Origin: Macrostomum hystrix
Taxonomy: Eukaryota > Animalia > Platyhelminthes
Assembly (NCBI GenBank): GCA_950097015.1
Contig: CATNEN010000035.1
Coordinates: 434,001-498,000 of the forward strand
DNA length: 64,000 bases
Direction: 5' to 3'
Shown: positions 14,159 to 26,400 of the stretch, one piece after another
Numbering within the stretch: the stretch's first letter is position 1
How the letters are laid out: each line of letters begins with the position of its first letter
Notes under the pieces: model-generated
What the model was told of the DNA's origin: nothing
Databases searched by the model: none
Seen by the model: the letters and a program-made list of their open reading frames with translations, nothing else
Translations under genes and position numbers: made by a program

Positions 14159-14624
14159 GATTGTGAGAGAAAGAATTGTGAGGGACATGGAAAGGTGGTG
14201 GCGAGAGAGGAGTTCAGGCAGATCTAAAATCAGCCAGGTGTGAGGGACGATGTTGAGGAAGCAGTTCATATCCGCCTCAATCTCCCGTATCCTGCTCAAT
14301 CATTCGGCAACTGGCGCTGTGACGTGACGTGATTTTCAAGATGGAAAAATGTCACAGACTGATGTCCTCGATTTTGATTGCTAAAAATGGAGCAGATCGT
14401 TGAACAGTTTTATTCATAATTGAACCGCTCGTTGGAGAAGGAAAAGGCGGTGAACTTTCGAACAAGAAAGTCTGCTAACTACTGAACAGTAGTCAGGTAT
14501 GGATCCAAAGTGTTAAATACGAAACAAAGGATCATTTTCGTACCGAACTGCATCTTATTTGACCTGATAGATCTATGCATTTTATTTACTTCTGCTTTCT
14601 CGCTGTGTTTGTTCATTTGTCCAT

Positions 14625-15275
14625 TCAGATCAAACAAATCCCATTCAGATGCAACAAATCCTATTCAGATCAAACGAATCCCATTCAGATCAAACAAATC
14701 CCATTCAGATCAAACAAATCCCATTCAGATCAAACAAATCCTATTCAGATCAAACGAATCCCTTTCAGATGCAACAAATCCCATTCAGATGCAACAAATC
14801 CTATTCAGATCAAACGAATCCCATTCAGATGCAACAAATCCTATTCAGATCAAACGAATCCCATTCAGATGCAACAAATCCTATTCAGATGCAACAAATC
14901 CTATTCAGATGCAACAAATCCTATTCAGATGCAACAAATCCTAGTCAGATCAAACAAATCTCATTCAGATCAAACAAATCCCATTCAGATCAAACAAATC
15001 CCATTTAGATGCAAAAAATCGCATTCAGATCAAACAAATCTCATTCAGATCAAACAAATCCCATTCAGATCAAACAAATCCCTTTCAGATCAAACAAATC
15101 CCATTCAGATGCAACAAATCCCATTCAGATCAAACAAATCCCATTCAGATCAAACAAATCCCATTCAGATTAAACATATCCCATTCAGATTAAACAAATC
15201 CCATTCAGATGCAACAAATCCCATTCAGATGCAACAAATCTCATGAAGATCAAACAAATCCCATTCAGATCCAGC
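14625..15275. repeat. Minisatellite, 20-bp unit CAGATCAAACAAATCCCATT
   Basis: Variant tandem array. Confidence 0.95.
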
Positions 15276-16063
15276 AATTCTTATTCATAGCCAAAGATTC
15301 CCAAATCAAATCAAACAAATCAAATTAAAAAGAAACAGTTAAATAAAACAAAATGTTAGACTATTGAAACAGAAGCTTTGATATTTTTTAGATTCAAACC
15401 AGCAATGAAGCTTGCGGCCTACCGTTTGTGAGCTAAAAGTGCACTTAAGCCACACGTGCTCAATGAAAACCAGCTGGAATTCACCCTGTCGAGATCCCCC
15501 AGTACGTAAATCTCTCAGCCAATCAGCGCGGGAATTAGGATGGTGGGAAAGTCCTGAGGACCGGTGGTAGTGTCTGTTAAAACTTTTCACCAGATTTTCG
15601 TCACCTTTTTTAGCCAATCAGCTTTCACTTAGGGGTTAGAGAGTTCTCACGTGCAAGTCAATGTACGCATTGGTCTGGCTTCACACGCCCTAAAATGGAG
15701 CTTAGAAAATTTCGGAATTTAAATTAGGATTAAATAAAATAAAGGATCAATCGTTAGTCGCACTCTGCTCTGTAATTGTCGCGACTTTCGTCTCTGCCTT
15801 CTGTCCTCTATTCACTCTTTCGTTCTCTGCACTTTTCTTGTTTACATCGTCCAGTTCAATCTAGTTCTTTCTCTCTCGTTATCTCTGCGGCTGATCTCTC
15901 ATTCTCTATCCTTTCTTTCTTTCCTCCTCTCTGATTGGTCCGCCGCTCACGTTCTAGCCTCCTCTCCTACCCTCAGTCGCGCACTCTTGTACCGCCAACC
16001 CCCCTTCCTTATCGCTCTGTTAAACTTAAATATATTTTGACTCTCGGCCTGAATTGGCTCACA

Positions 16064-16108
16064 GCCGTATGAACGGGTTCTTACTGCGAGGACTCAATTT
16101 GTAGCATA
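16064..16108 (+). ncRNA. Flatworm spliced-leader (SL)-like sequence, lacking terminal ATG/GT donor
   Basis: GCCGTATGAACGGGTTCTTACTGCGAGGACTCAATTTGTAGCATA matches 35 of 44 positions of the Macrostomum SL as I recall it (CCGTAAAGACGGTCTCTTACTGCGAAGACTCAATTTATTGCATG). The CCGT/ACGG stem is preserved. Confidence 0.55.
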
Positions 16109-16344
16109 AGAAATCAAGACAGTAATGACTTCCACAATCGATAATAACCACACACAAATGTACACCAAAACAAAGATGAAAAGAATGGGGTGAGAAAAGA
16201 GAGACGAATAGTGAGCCAATCAGAAACGAGAGAGAGGAGAGAAATGAATGTTAGCTAAGAAGTTGAATAGACAGAGGGAGAGAGGAGAGACAGAGTAAGA
16301 AATGGAGTGGCAATAGCATGCACTTTAACACGCTGTTAGGCAAT

Positions 16345-16351
16345 ATATAAA
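16345..16351 (+). promoter_or_regulatory. Candidate TATA box of the Cys-rich gene
   Basis: ATATAAA about 85 bp upstream of the ATG at 16436. Confidence 0.4.
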
Positions 16352-16435
16352 TAAGCCTTAGTAGTAGCCTAGGCGCAATACACGAAGCGTCTGTTAACTT
16401 TCATGCATTTAAGCCTCTGCCAACATAGCATCAAG

Positions 16436-17560
16436 ATGCGCGCCCAGCTCTTCGTCTGTATGGCCGTTTGCCTGTTTGTTTCAGTGAGTGACTGCTGTTT
16501 TAGGCATTTACTATTGCTTCAGTTGTGATTTGTAAGCTTTTTCTATCATTACTAATAAGCATCATCATAATCTCAATAATTCTCAGGGCAAGCAAGCAAG
16601 AAAACTTCTTTCCTCGCAGCCCACCTTAAGCGACAGCCAGCTGCAGGACTGCATCCTGCGTGACATCAATTGTCCTCCAAGCGGTGTCCTAGACTTCAAG
16701 CAGGCTCGCATTTTCGTCCGCATCCTGAATAGCCTGGATCTGCCGGAGCGATGCAAGTGCGACCTGTCCGAAATACAATGCCTCCGTGGCTGCTACTACA
16801 ACTACCAAGTGAAGGCCACCCTAATGTCTGCTGTCTGGCATGCCTTGAGACAGGGCACCGATGCTGATGTGAGCTTTTTTGACATGTCGGCAATGGCACA
16901 CCATTTGGTGAAACTAGACCCGCAGCCGGCGAGGAGGCAATTCTGCCCATATCGCTGACTCCTGAGCACACACGCACACATATACCGTACGCAGGCACAC
17001 TCACATAGGTGTGTACATCTGCCCTGACTTTCTTATCGTCAGGCAGTGTACAATCTCACTATGCCTTGGAGGTTGGCCCTCAGGCGCATAAATTGCATGA
17101 CAAGCCCCCAAGCCTTCTCTCCGCTGCTGCACCCCAAAAAACATGGCCTCGCCGCGGAATCGAACTCGGGACCTTGGTGCGAGAGGCAAACGCGTTAACC
17201 GCTCTGCCATTCATTCCGAAGCTATAATCACTGGGCAAAAGATCTCCCCACTGCATGCTTAGTGTACTTTTGACTGATCGTTCCCTAAAAACCCCAAACT
17301 GCATCATTCAGGTCGCCAAGCAGAGCACTGTTGTCTCCATGGAGACCTACTTCAAGCCATGCCTGCTCGAGGGCAAGGGCTGCGGCGACCTCCAGATCTC
17401 GCTGGACCCCGCCAAGCTGAGCGAAGGTCTGGCTAACTTCAAAGTGCTGACAGACCTGTCAGAGCAGTGCCAGTGCAATATGGAGGAGGACAACTGCGCC
17501 AGGAACTGCTTCTACTCGGAGGCCAAGAAGCTGATTGCAGCTGGATTCCTTGTGCTGTAG
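16436..17560 (+). CDS. Small secreted cysteine-rich protein, 192 aa, two internal 6-Cys repeats; no family recognised
   Basis: Exons 16436-16483 (MRAQLFVCMAVCLFVS, signal-peptide-like), 16587-16868 and 17312-17560. Two phase-0 GT-AG introns (gtgagt, gtgagc donors); open frame throughout to TAG. Confidence 0.75.
16880..17213 (-). mobile_element. tRNA-derived SINE family A, full-length copy
   Basis: Minus-strand head TGGCAGAGCGG (A box)...GAGTTCGATTCC (B box), shared body GCTCAGGAGTCAGCG...CCTCCTCGCCGGCTG, A-rich tail. Confidence 0.8.
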
Positions 17561-17774
17561 GAGTTGCTCAACTTACTAACGTATTCCACTGAGTAGTTTA
17601 ACACATTGTGCTGCATTTCTTGCATTTCTCCCACACTTTTACTAATTTGTAATGTTTTAAGAAATATACTGAATCGTACCAATGAAATCGTTAATCTGCT
17701 TCTGAATTTATAGCAGAAAAAATGTTTGTGGCTTGCTTTTAACGCTTCTTAAACTGCTGGAACCACTCGAAAGT

Positions 17775-19755
17775 GATATTGTACCCTTTTGTCTATGGTT
17801 TCCGGCATTCATACCTGCGGTAACAATTTAATTGTTTGTCGGCTTTTTTCGATTGTTGCCGGATTTCAGACGAATGTAATTGGCTATCAAAACAAGGAAC
17901 AACAATAGCAACACGGCGAAAGTGTTTCATAGTCACAAAAAGTTCTTAAGAACAAACCGATCGAATCAATTGTTTTACTTTCCGTAAAAGTTGAATGTGC
18001 AGTTGTGGAACTGACCACCACAGAGGCTTCTCGGCAGGTCTTGGCCGCCCTCGGGTGCTTTCATCAGCTCGCCTCTATCAGACCCAGTTGTCACACTTTC
18101 GATGGTGGATTCCGCATCGTCGTCAATCTTGGTGACTTTGGACCCATAGGCAGCCAGACAAGCGCTCATTCGGGCCACACAGTCCATGTCTCGCCGCTTG
18201 TATACATCCACTGAGCTCGAATTCTTGTGTCCCGTCATTAGTGTAATCGCTTGATTATCGAAACCGGCCTTGGCCAAACAGTTCACCTAAGTTTCAGCAG
18301 TTGGGTAAGACAGTATTCTTACAGTTTTACTGAAGTGAGTAGGCCATGCGATCTTTACTCACCGTAGTTACTCGCACACAATGGTTGGTGTACTTCCGCT
18401 GCAGAGCCAGACACGCACTCAGATTCTTCATGAAGTCTCCAAGTGAATCTTTGCCGAGTCGTTGGCAGGCTGAGAAGCCAGACTTATTGAGCCTTGGGAA
18501 CAACACCTCACATCCATTCGGTAGTTGAGAGACGTACATTTTAAAGGCTTCGACGGGACAAACAGTTTTGTCTTGCACGCTGTACATCCGAGCTAACTTG
18601 AGATCCTTGAATGCCTTCTCGTTCAACGACGCTTTAACATTTTTCGACAGCATGGCGACAGCGACGCGTACAAACTCCGTACCTCCTTCTGACACTATCT
18701 CAAAACATCCAGGTGTCAACTCTCTCAGATTTTCTCGGCCTCGCAGTGCGAAATGGAGCAGAACGTTGAAAATGTTTTCGTCCTGCAGTTTACGAAGGGA
18801 CGTTCGGTCAAAGTATGCGCGAATTGTTTGCATGTCGTCCTCGGAAATAGCTTCGTATTTGTCTACCTTCTCGACGTGTCCTTCCATGTACATTTTCACC
18901 ATGGCGACAAGAACGCCATTGCAACGCTTGAAGGCTTCTCCGGTAACGATGTTCACCTGGCGATTAACGGACGGGGATTGCAGGTGGCGTTGAATAGCCG
19001 CACGAAAACAGATGAGAGACTTTGGCGCATAGTAAGTTCCATCCTGCTTTCGAAGGGATGAATAGAAAAGCCTCAGATAATCGTTCAAAAATCGATCCGG
19101 AACACGCTCAAACTCCTGGCAGAGCCCCTTCTCGTTGAGGAACTGTCGGAACCTTGCCACGTGAAGCTTCCGTTGCGTCTCGGTCGATTTCGGCACTGAG
19201 TCACTCTCAAGTCGGTCCAACATTTCCAGATCTTCGCTACGTAGCTCAGGCAGCCCGTTGGAACTGGACGACGCATCCAGGTTGTCCATCTCCAGAACGT
19301 AGCGCGTGCTCGACTCTCGGGTGACAAAAGCCAACTCGTCCGTGGAGAGTCCACATATTTCTCCGCCAGGAATGTTTGCGTAGCGAATCATAGCTACTTT
19401 TCCTATTTGCACTCCGAATAGGAGAATTAATTCAAGCTCAAAATCAACTTGAGAATTAACTCATGGCAGCCAGGCTAGCTGTCTTCACTGTCCTTTAAAT
19501 TTGCCATAAACGATTAATTATCTCTACAACCCTTTCATTTAGAGAGCGACTAAATTTGCTCTCCGGCAACATTCCGGCAACAATCGCATTTCATACTCAG
19601 CATCCGCACTATGTCTGGGCCATAGACAAGGGAAGTCAAAAGGGTACAATAATGACATATACCGATTTTTTTCGGCAGCAATTGCTCTACTAAGCTTCAG
19701 CCGCTACGCGGCTTCAGCTTACGCAATTGCTGCCGAAAAAAATCGGTATATATCG
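17775..19755 (-). mobile_element. Crypton-type (tyrosine recombinase, DUF3504-like) DNA transposon
   Basis: YR gene flanked by inverted motifs: ATTGTACCCTTTTG 17778-17791 vs 19637-19650, and CGATTGTTGCCGGA 17850-17863 vs 19573-19586. A long hairpin sits at 19657-19751. Exact ends are uncertain. Confidence 0.75.
17975..19289 (-). CDS. Crypton-like tyrosine recombinase, two exons
   Basis: Exons 19289-18363 (an upstream in-frame ATG exists at 19391) and 18286-17975; 76-bp phase-0 intron gtgagt...ttag. Catalytic set R (ALRGRE), K (SKN), H-x-x-R (TNHCVR), H (TGHK), Y (VDVY) all present. C-terminal FHNCTFNF tail. Confidence 0.85.
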
Positions 19756-20477
19756 TTACATTGCAGTTTGCAACAGCCAAAAGATACTTGCTCAGTCTAG
19801 GGGGATTTCCTTGATTTCTAAAATTTGTTAGTTGTGAAATCTTTCGTCTCACTAATAGAAGCTAGAAATTGGGATGGTGTGGTAGCAGACCCAGTCCACG
19901 GACACAGTGACTACATCCAACAAAATATGTTTTGTTGTACCTTCTGCATTCAAGAAAAAATAAAAAAGTGAAATAAGTTTACTTCTCACTAGATTTCGAT
20001 TGCTAGATCACAATTTTTATTTCTGGTTAATCGGAAAAAAACGTGCCGCAATGCAAAAAAGTTAGATGACTCTAAAAAGTGAGCTATCTACTTGAAAGTA
20101 GTATAGTCGAAAAAACGAAAATATCTATCTTTCCAGCTTCTACACAGTTTTTGGGATATTCCTAGTTGGAGTAAGATATATGAAAAAAAATAGCTTGGTA
20201 GTTCGTTGAGAATGCGACTTATGCTAACATAAACAACATTAAACAAGGGAATAAGCAGATACTAGAAAGTAACGATACTGCTAGTTGCTTTGAATTTTTT
20301 GATTTGGTGATATTGCCATCTGTATGGTTTCTCATGGTTCAAACCATGGTCATTTTATCATTTTATGTGGGATGCAGGCAAAAATTCTCGGTAAAAGACT
20401 AATTTTATGTAATGTTTGGTTAGGATAAGTGCAGCTCAGAATTATTAACATAAACACCAGTAAGTTTGAGCCGTTTT

Positions 20478-23400
20478 TTATCCAACTGCGACAGTGACAT
20501 TGCCGGCCCAATCAGGGTACACTGCAAGGTCAAAGAGTGCCGTTCCATACGTCAAAGTAGCGCCGATCACCACAAGACCTGATACAATTGTCAGTACGAA
20601 GCCGCTTTTCATCTGCGGGTAGGGTTTTAGAGCTATTTTTAGCATCAAGGATGAATCTATTTTTAGCAATAAGGATGAAGTTATTTTTAGCAGCAAGGAT
20701 AAAACTATTTTTAGCAACAAGGGGTTGAAGCATTTTTTGCAACAATCTAAAATGTAATTTTAAGCGCCAAGATAACCCAGAAGTTAACATGCTACGTTGG
20801 AGCAAGTCATATGGCGCCAATTTTCAGTGTCAGTCTTCCTATATCCTGCGGCACCCACCATGTCAGCCACAGTCAGATAGCCCTTGGAGAACACGATTGA
20901 GTTCGGCGGCGTCGCCACGGGCAGGTTGAAGGCCAGCGAAGCCGAGATAGTGCAGGGCAGCATCAGTGACAGGGGGTTCATGCGGATGCTGCGACACTGT
21001 GGTATCAGGCGGGATGGAGTGGGTGGAGACGGTTAGAGGTATCGGGGCTTCTGATAATCGATTCTGCCAAAAATTAGATGACTCACTAGTTCAACCAGTA
21101 TGGGCAGCAGGATGCTGGCGGTGGCAGTGTTGGAGGTGATCTCGGTGATGAGTGTGGTGCAGTAGGTCACAATCAGCACCAGCAGAGGTCGGGGCAAGGC
21201 ACCAAGCGGTTTGAGCTGATCGCCAATTAGCAGCGAAAGGCCGGACTCCTGAAGTACACGAGAGCAGGTTTGACGGCTTTGCAATCTAATGGTCTAAATT
21301 TGTTTGCACACTCGCATCTAACTACTGTGAGTAGGTGGAAGAGCACAAAAATGTGTCAATATTTCTGGACCTTGGTGGCCATGGCCAGAGCGAAGCCGCC
21401 GCCGAGCAGGATGACGATGCCCCAGGGCAGCCGCTCGTGTACCACCTGCCAGGTCAGCAGGGTGCTGGCCTTCGGCCGGGACGATTCCGACGACTCCCTA
21501 GCGGCCTCTTCGTCATCCGCCCGCTTGTCTTTGTCCTCTGGCGCCTCCGGGCTCCTCTTGAACGGATTGCTGGACGGCAGCACGAAGAGCAGGACAGACA
21601 TGAGCAGCGCCGGCTGAGCGTCCGACATGTAGGCCCGGCTTTCGCCCGACTTTGTCCGGCTTGTGAACAAGGAGCTCCAGCCTGGACCGCCCGGCTCTCG
21701 GCTGATCCACAGCAGCACGGTGGTGCCGAAAAGCACGATGCAGCTCACCTCCGGGAAGCTGGTGGGTCAAAGGTGTAATAACTGGTGGGTCAAGGGTGTA
21801 ATAACTGGTGGGTCAAGGGTGTAATAACTGGTGGGTCAAGGGTGTAATAACTGGTGGGTCAAGGGTTTAATAACTGGTGGGTCAAGGGTGTAATAACTGG
21901 TGGGTCAAGGGTTTAATAACTGGTGGGTCAAGGGTTTAATAACTGGTGGGTCAAGGGTTTAATAACTGGTGGGTCAAGGGTGTAATAAATGGTGGGTCAT
22001 GGCTGTAATAACAGGTGGGTCAAGGGTGTAATAACTGGAGGGTCAAAGGTGTAATAACTGGTGGGTCAAGGGTGTAATAACTGGTGGGTCAAGGGTTTAA
22101 TAACTGGTGGGTCAAGGGTTTAATAACTGGTGGGTCAAGGGTGTAATAACTGGTGGGTCAAGGGTGTAAAAAATGGTGGTCAAGTGTGTAATAACTGTTG
22201 GGTCCTGGGTCAAGAGTGAAATAACCCAAGGATTCGACCCATTGTCCAGCAGTCGTGACACACGTGATCGGGCCGAGTTTTTCGTACTGCGCCTTCAGGG
22301 CTCGCTGGACCGCCTGGGCCTCCTCTGGGCTCTTCGCGCCTCCTTTGCAAAGACTTCTGCGGGTCATAAATAGAAGTCATGAACCTAATGACAAGCTGCT
22401 CATAGCTCCAGCTGTTCCAAGATTCAATCGCTCATAGCGTCATTCTCTCATAGCTACAATCGCTCATAGCTGCAATCGCTCATAGCTGCAATCGCTCACA
22501 GCTTTACCTGGGTCCCAAGAAAAGGATCTGGAGCCATAGCCAGGCCAGCAATAGGCAAGTGATCGATACAGGAAAGGCAAAGAGAAACCAGGTGCCAAAA
22601 TTAAAAGGTGTCTTGTTGCCAAAGTTTGTTGCCAGGTTGTTGTTGAGCACAAGATTTGGCGGTGTCCCAGTCAGTGTCGGTGTGCCGCCGTAGTTGGCGC
22701 TATAGGCAACCGCGATCGTCAGCATCTTGCAGATGCCTCTGAACTCAGCATTCTCAGGTTTCTGCATGTACTGCAACACTGAAAACTTCTGCGGACCCGG
22801 CTTGGAGTGACCGTTCTGCTGCTTCTTGGACTTTTCTGACTTCGTCTCAACCGCCACCTGAGCAGAAATAGATTAGATTTGCAGGCAATTATCTCAGTGG
22901 GGACAGGATGGAATGAGGACAGGATGAAATGAGGACAGGATGGAATGAGGACAGAATGGAATGAGGACAGGATGGAATGAGGACAGGATGGAATGAGGAC
23001 AGAATGGAATGAGGACAGGATGGAAGGAGGACAGAATGGAATGAGGACAGGATGAAATGAGGACAGAATGAAATGAGGACAGGATGAAAGGAGGACAGAA
23101 TGAAATGAGGACGGGGTGGAATGAGGACAGAATGGAATGAGGACAGGATGAAAGGAGGACAGAATGGAATGAGGACAGGATGGAATGAGGACAGGATGAA
23201 AGGAGGACAGAATGGAATGAGGACAGAATGGAATGAGGACAGGATGAAAGGAGGACAGAATGGAACGAGGACAGGATGGAATGAGGACAGAATGGAATGA
23301 GGACAGGATGAAAGGAGGACAGAATGGAATGAGGACAGGATGGAATGAGGACAGGATGAAAGGAGGACAGAATGGAATGAGGACAGGATGGAATGAGGAC

Positions 23401-26400
23401 AGGATGAAAGGAGGACAGAATGGAATGAGGACAGAATGGAATGAGGACAGGATGAAAGAAGGACAGGATGAAAGGAGGACAGGATGGAATGAGGACAGGA
23501 TGGAATGAGGACAGGATGGAATGAGGACAGGATGGAATGAGGACAGGATGGAATGAGGACAGGATGGAATGAGGACAGGATGGTCGCACCATTGGCACAG
23601 CAGCCGCATCAGCCGCCTCCGCATGAGGTGCTTCAGCAGCCGGATGTTCCAATTCTTCTGCAGCCTCGGCTTTCCGCAGCTGGTCGTAGTCCATCAGCTC
23701 CTGCAGCACAGCGTCCACAATGGGCAGCATCATGGCCGCGGTGGCGGTGTTGGAGATCCACATGGACATGAACCAGGTGGGCAGCATGAAGCCTAGCAGC
23801 AGCCAGCGAGGCTGCACTCCAACCAGCTGCAGCACCAGCAATGCCATGCGACGGTGCAGGTTCCAGAATTCCACGCTGATGGCTAGCATCAGGCCACCAA
23901 TGAACAGCATGTTGGAGTCCTGCAGAGACAGACAACTCAATTTGAGATTCGGAATGAAGGAACTCTTGAAATCACTCTATTGGCTCATTAGTGCTCCAAA
24001 TCAGGCTCATTGGCCATTTCAACACCTACTCGACCTATCCTATCTCTCATCTATCCTGTCTCATATCTTCTGTCTTATCATGATCCTGTTTTATCTCTCC
24101 CCAGTTTCATCTCTCCTGCGCCTCATCTCATCTCTCCCCAGTTTAATCTCTCCTGCGCCTCATCTCATCTCTCCCCAGTTTAATCTCTCCTGCGCCTCAT
24201 CTCATCTCTCTCCAGTTTCATCTCTCCTGCGCCTCATCTCATCTCTCCCCAGTTTAATCTCTCCTGCGCCTCATCTCATCTCTCCCCAGTTTCATCTCTC
24301 CTGCGCCTCATCTCATCTCTCCCCAGTTTCATCTCTCCTGCGCCTCATCTCATCTCTCCCCAGTTTCATCTCTCCTGCGCCTCATCTCATCTCTCCCCAG
24401 TTTCATCTCTCCACTGTTTAATCTCTCCCCTGTTTTATCTCTCCCCAGTTTCATCTCTCCCCTGTTTTATCTCTCCTGCGCCTCATCTCTCCCCAGTCTA
24501 ATCTCTCCTGCGCCTCATCTCATCTCTCCCCAGTTTCATCTCTCCACTGTTTAATCTCTCCCCTGTTTTATCTCTCCCCAGTTTCATCTCTCCACTGTTT
24601 CATCTCTCCCCAGTTTCATCTCTCCACTGTTTCATCTCCCCCCAGTTTCATCTCTCCACTGTTTCATCTCTCCCCTGTTTCATCTCTCCTGTGCCTCATC
24701 TCATCTCTACACTGTTTCATCTCGTTTAATCTCTCCTCTGTTTCATCTCTCACCTGTTTCATCTCTCCCCTGTCTCATCTCTCACCTGTTTCATCGCTCC
24801 CTGTCTTATCTGTCCACTGTTTCATCTCTCCACTGTTTCATCTCTCCACTGTTTCATCTCTCCACTGTTTCATCTCTCCACTGTTTCATCTCTCCACTGT
24901 TTCATCTCTCCACTGTTTCATCTCTCCACTGTTTCATCTCTCCCCAGTTTCATCTCTCCACTGTTTCATCTCTCCACTGTTTCATCTCTCCCCAGTTTCA
25001 TCTCTCCTGCGCCTCATCTCATCTCTCCCCAGTTTCATCTCTCCTGCGCCTCATCTCATCTCTCCCCAGTTTCATCTCTCCACTGTTTAATCTCTCCCCT
25101 GTTTTATCTCTCCCCAGTTTCATCTCTCCCCTGTTTTATCTCTCCTGCGCCTCATCTCTCCCCAGTCTAATCTCTCCTGCGCCTCATCTCATCTCTCCCC
25201 AGTTTCATCTCTCCACTGTTTAATCTCTCCCCTGTTTTATCTCTCCCCAGTTTCATCTCTCCACTGTTTCATCTCTCCCCAGTTTCATCTCTCCACTGTT
25301 TCATCTCCCCCCAGTTTCATCTCTCCACTGTTTCATCTCTCCCCTGTTTCATCTCTCCTGTGCCTCATCTCATCTCTACACTGTTTCATCTCGTTTAATC
25401 TCTCCTCTGTTTCATCTCTCACCTGTTTCATCTCTCCCCTGTCTCATCTCTCACCTGTTTCATCGCTCCCTGTCTTATCTGTCCACTGTTTCATCTCTCC
25501 ACTGTTTCATCTCTCCACTGTTTCATCTCTCCACTGTTTCATCTCTCCACTGTTTCATCTCTCCACTGTTTCATCTCTCCACTGTTTCATCTCTCCACTG
25601 TTTCATCTCTCCACTGTTTCATCTCTCCCCAGTTTCATCTCTCCACTGTTTCATCTCTCCACTGTTTCATCTCTCCCCAGTTTCATCTCTCCACTGTTTC
25701 ATCTCTCCCCAGTTTCATCTCTCCACTGTTTCATCTCTCCTGCGCCTCATCTCTCCCCAGTCTAATCTCTCCTGCGCCTCATCTCATCTCTCCCCAGTTT
25801 CATCTCTCCACTGTTTAATCTCTCCCCTGTTTTATCTCTCCCCAGTTTCATCTCTCCCCTGTTTTATCTCTCCTGCGCCTCATCTCTCCCCAGTCTAATC
25901 TCTCCTGCGCCTCATCTCATCTCTCCCCAGTTTCATCTCTCCACTGTTTAATCTCTCCCCTGTTTTATCTCTCCCCAGTTTCATCTCTCCACTGTTTCAT
26001 CTCTCCCCAGTTTCATCTCTCCACTGTTTCATCTCCCCCCAGTTTCATCTCTCCACTGTTTCATCTCTCCCCTGTTTCATCTCTCCTGTGCCTCATCTCA
26101 TCTCTACACTGTTTCATCTCGTTTAATCTCTCCTCTGTTTCATCTCTCACCTGTTTCATCTCTCCCCTGTCTCATCTCTCACCTGTTTCATCGCTCCCTG
26201 TCTTATCTGTCCACTGTTTCATCTCTCCACTGTTTCATCTCTCCACTGTTTCATCTCTCCACTGTTTCATCTCTCCACTGTTTCATCTCTCCACTGTTTC
26301 ATCTCTCCACTGTTTCATCTCTCCACTGTTTCATCTCTCCACTGTTTCATCTCTCCCCAGTTTCATCTCTCCACTGTTTCATCTCTCCACTGTTTCATCT

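Noticed and set aside
18327-19412. Phage or bacterial integrase / contamination
   Set aside because: It has a spliceosomal intron and Crypton/DUF3504-like motifs and is embedded among intron-containing animal genes.
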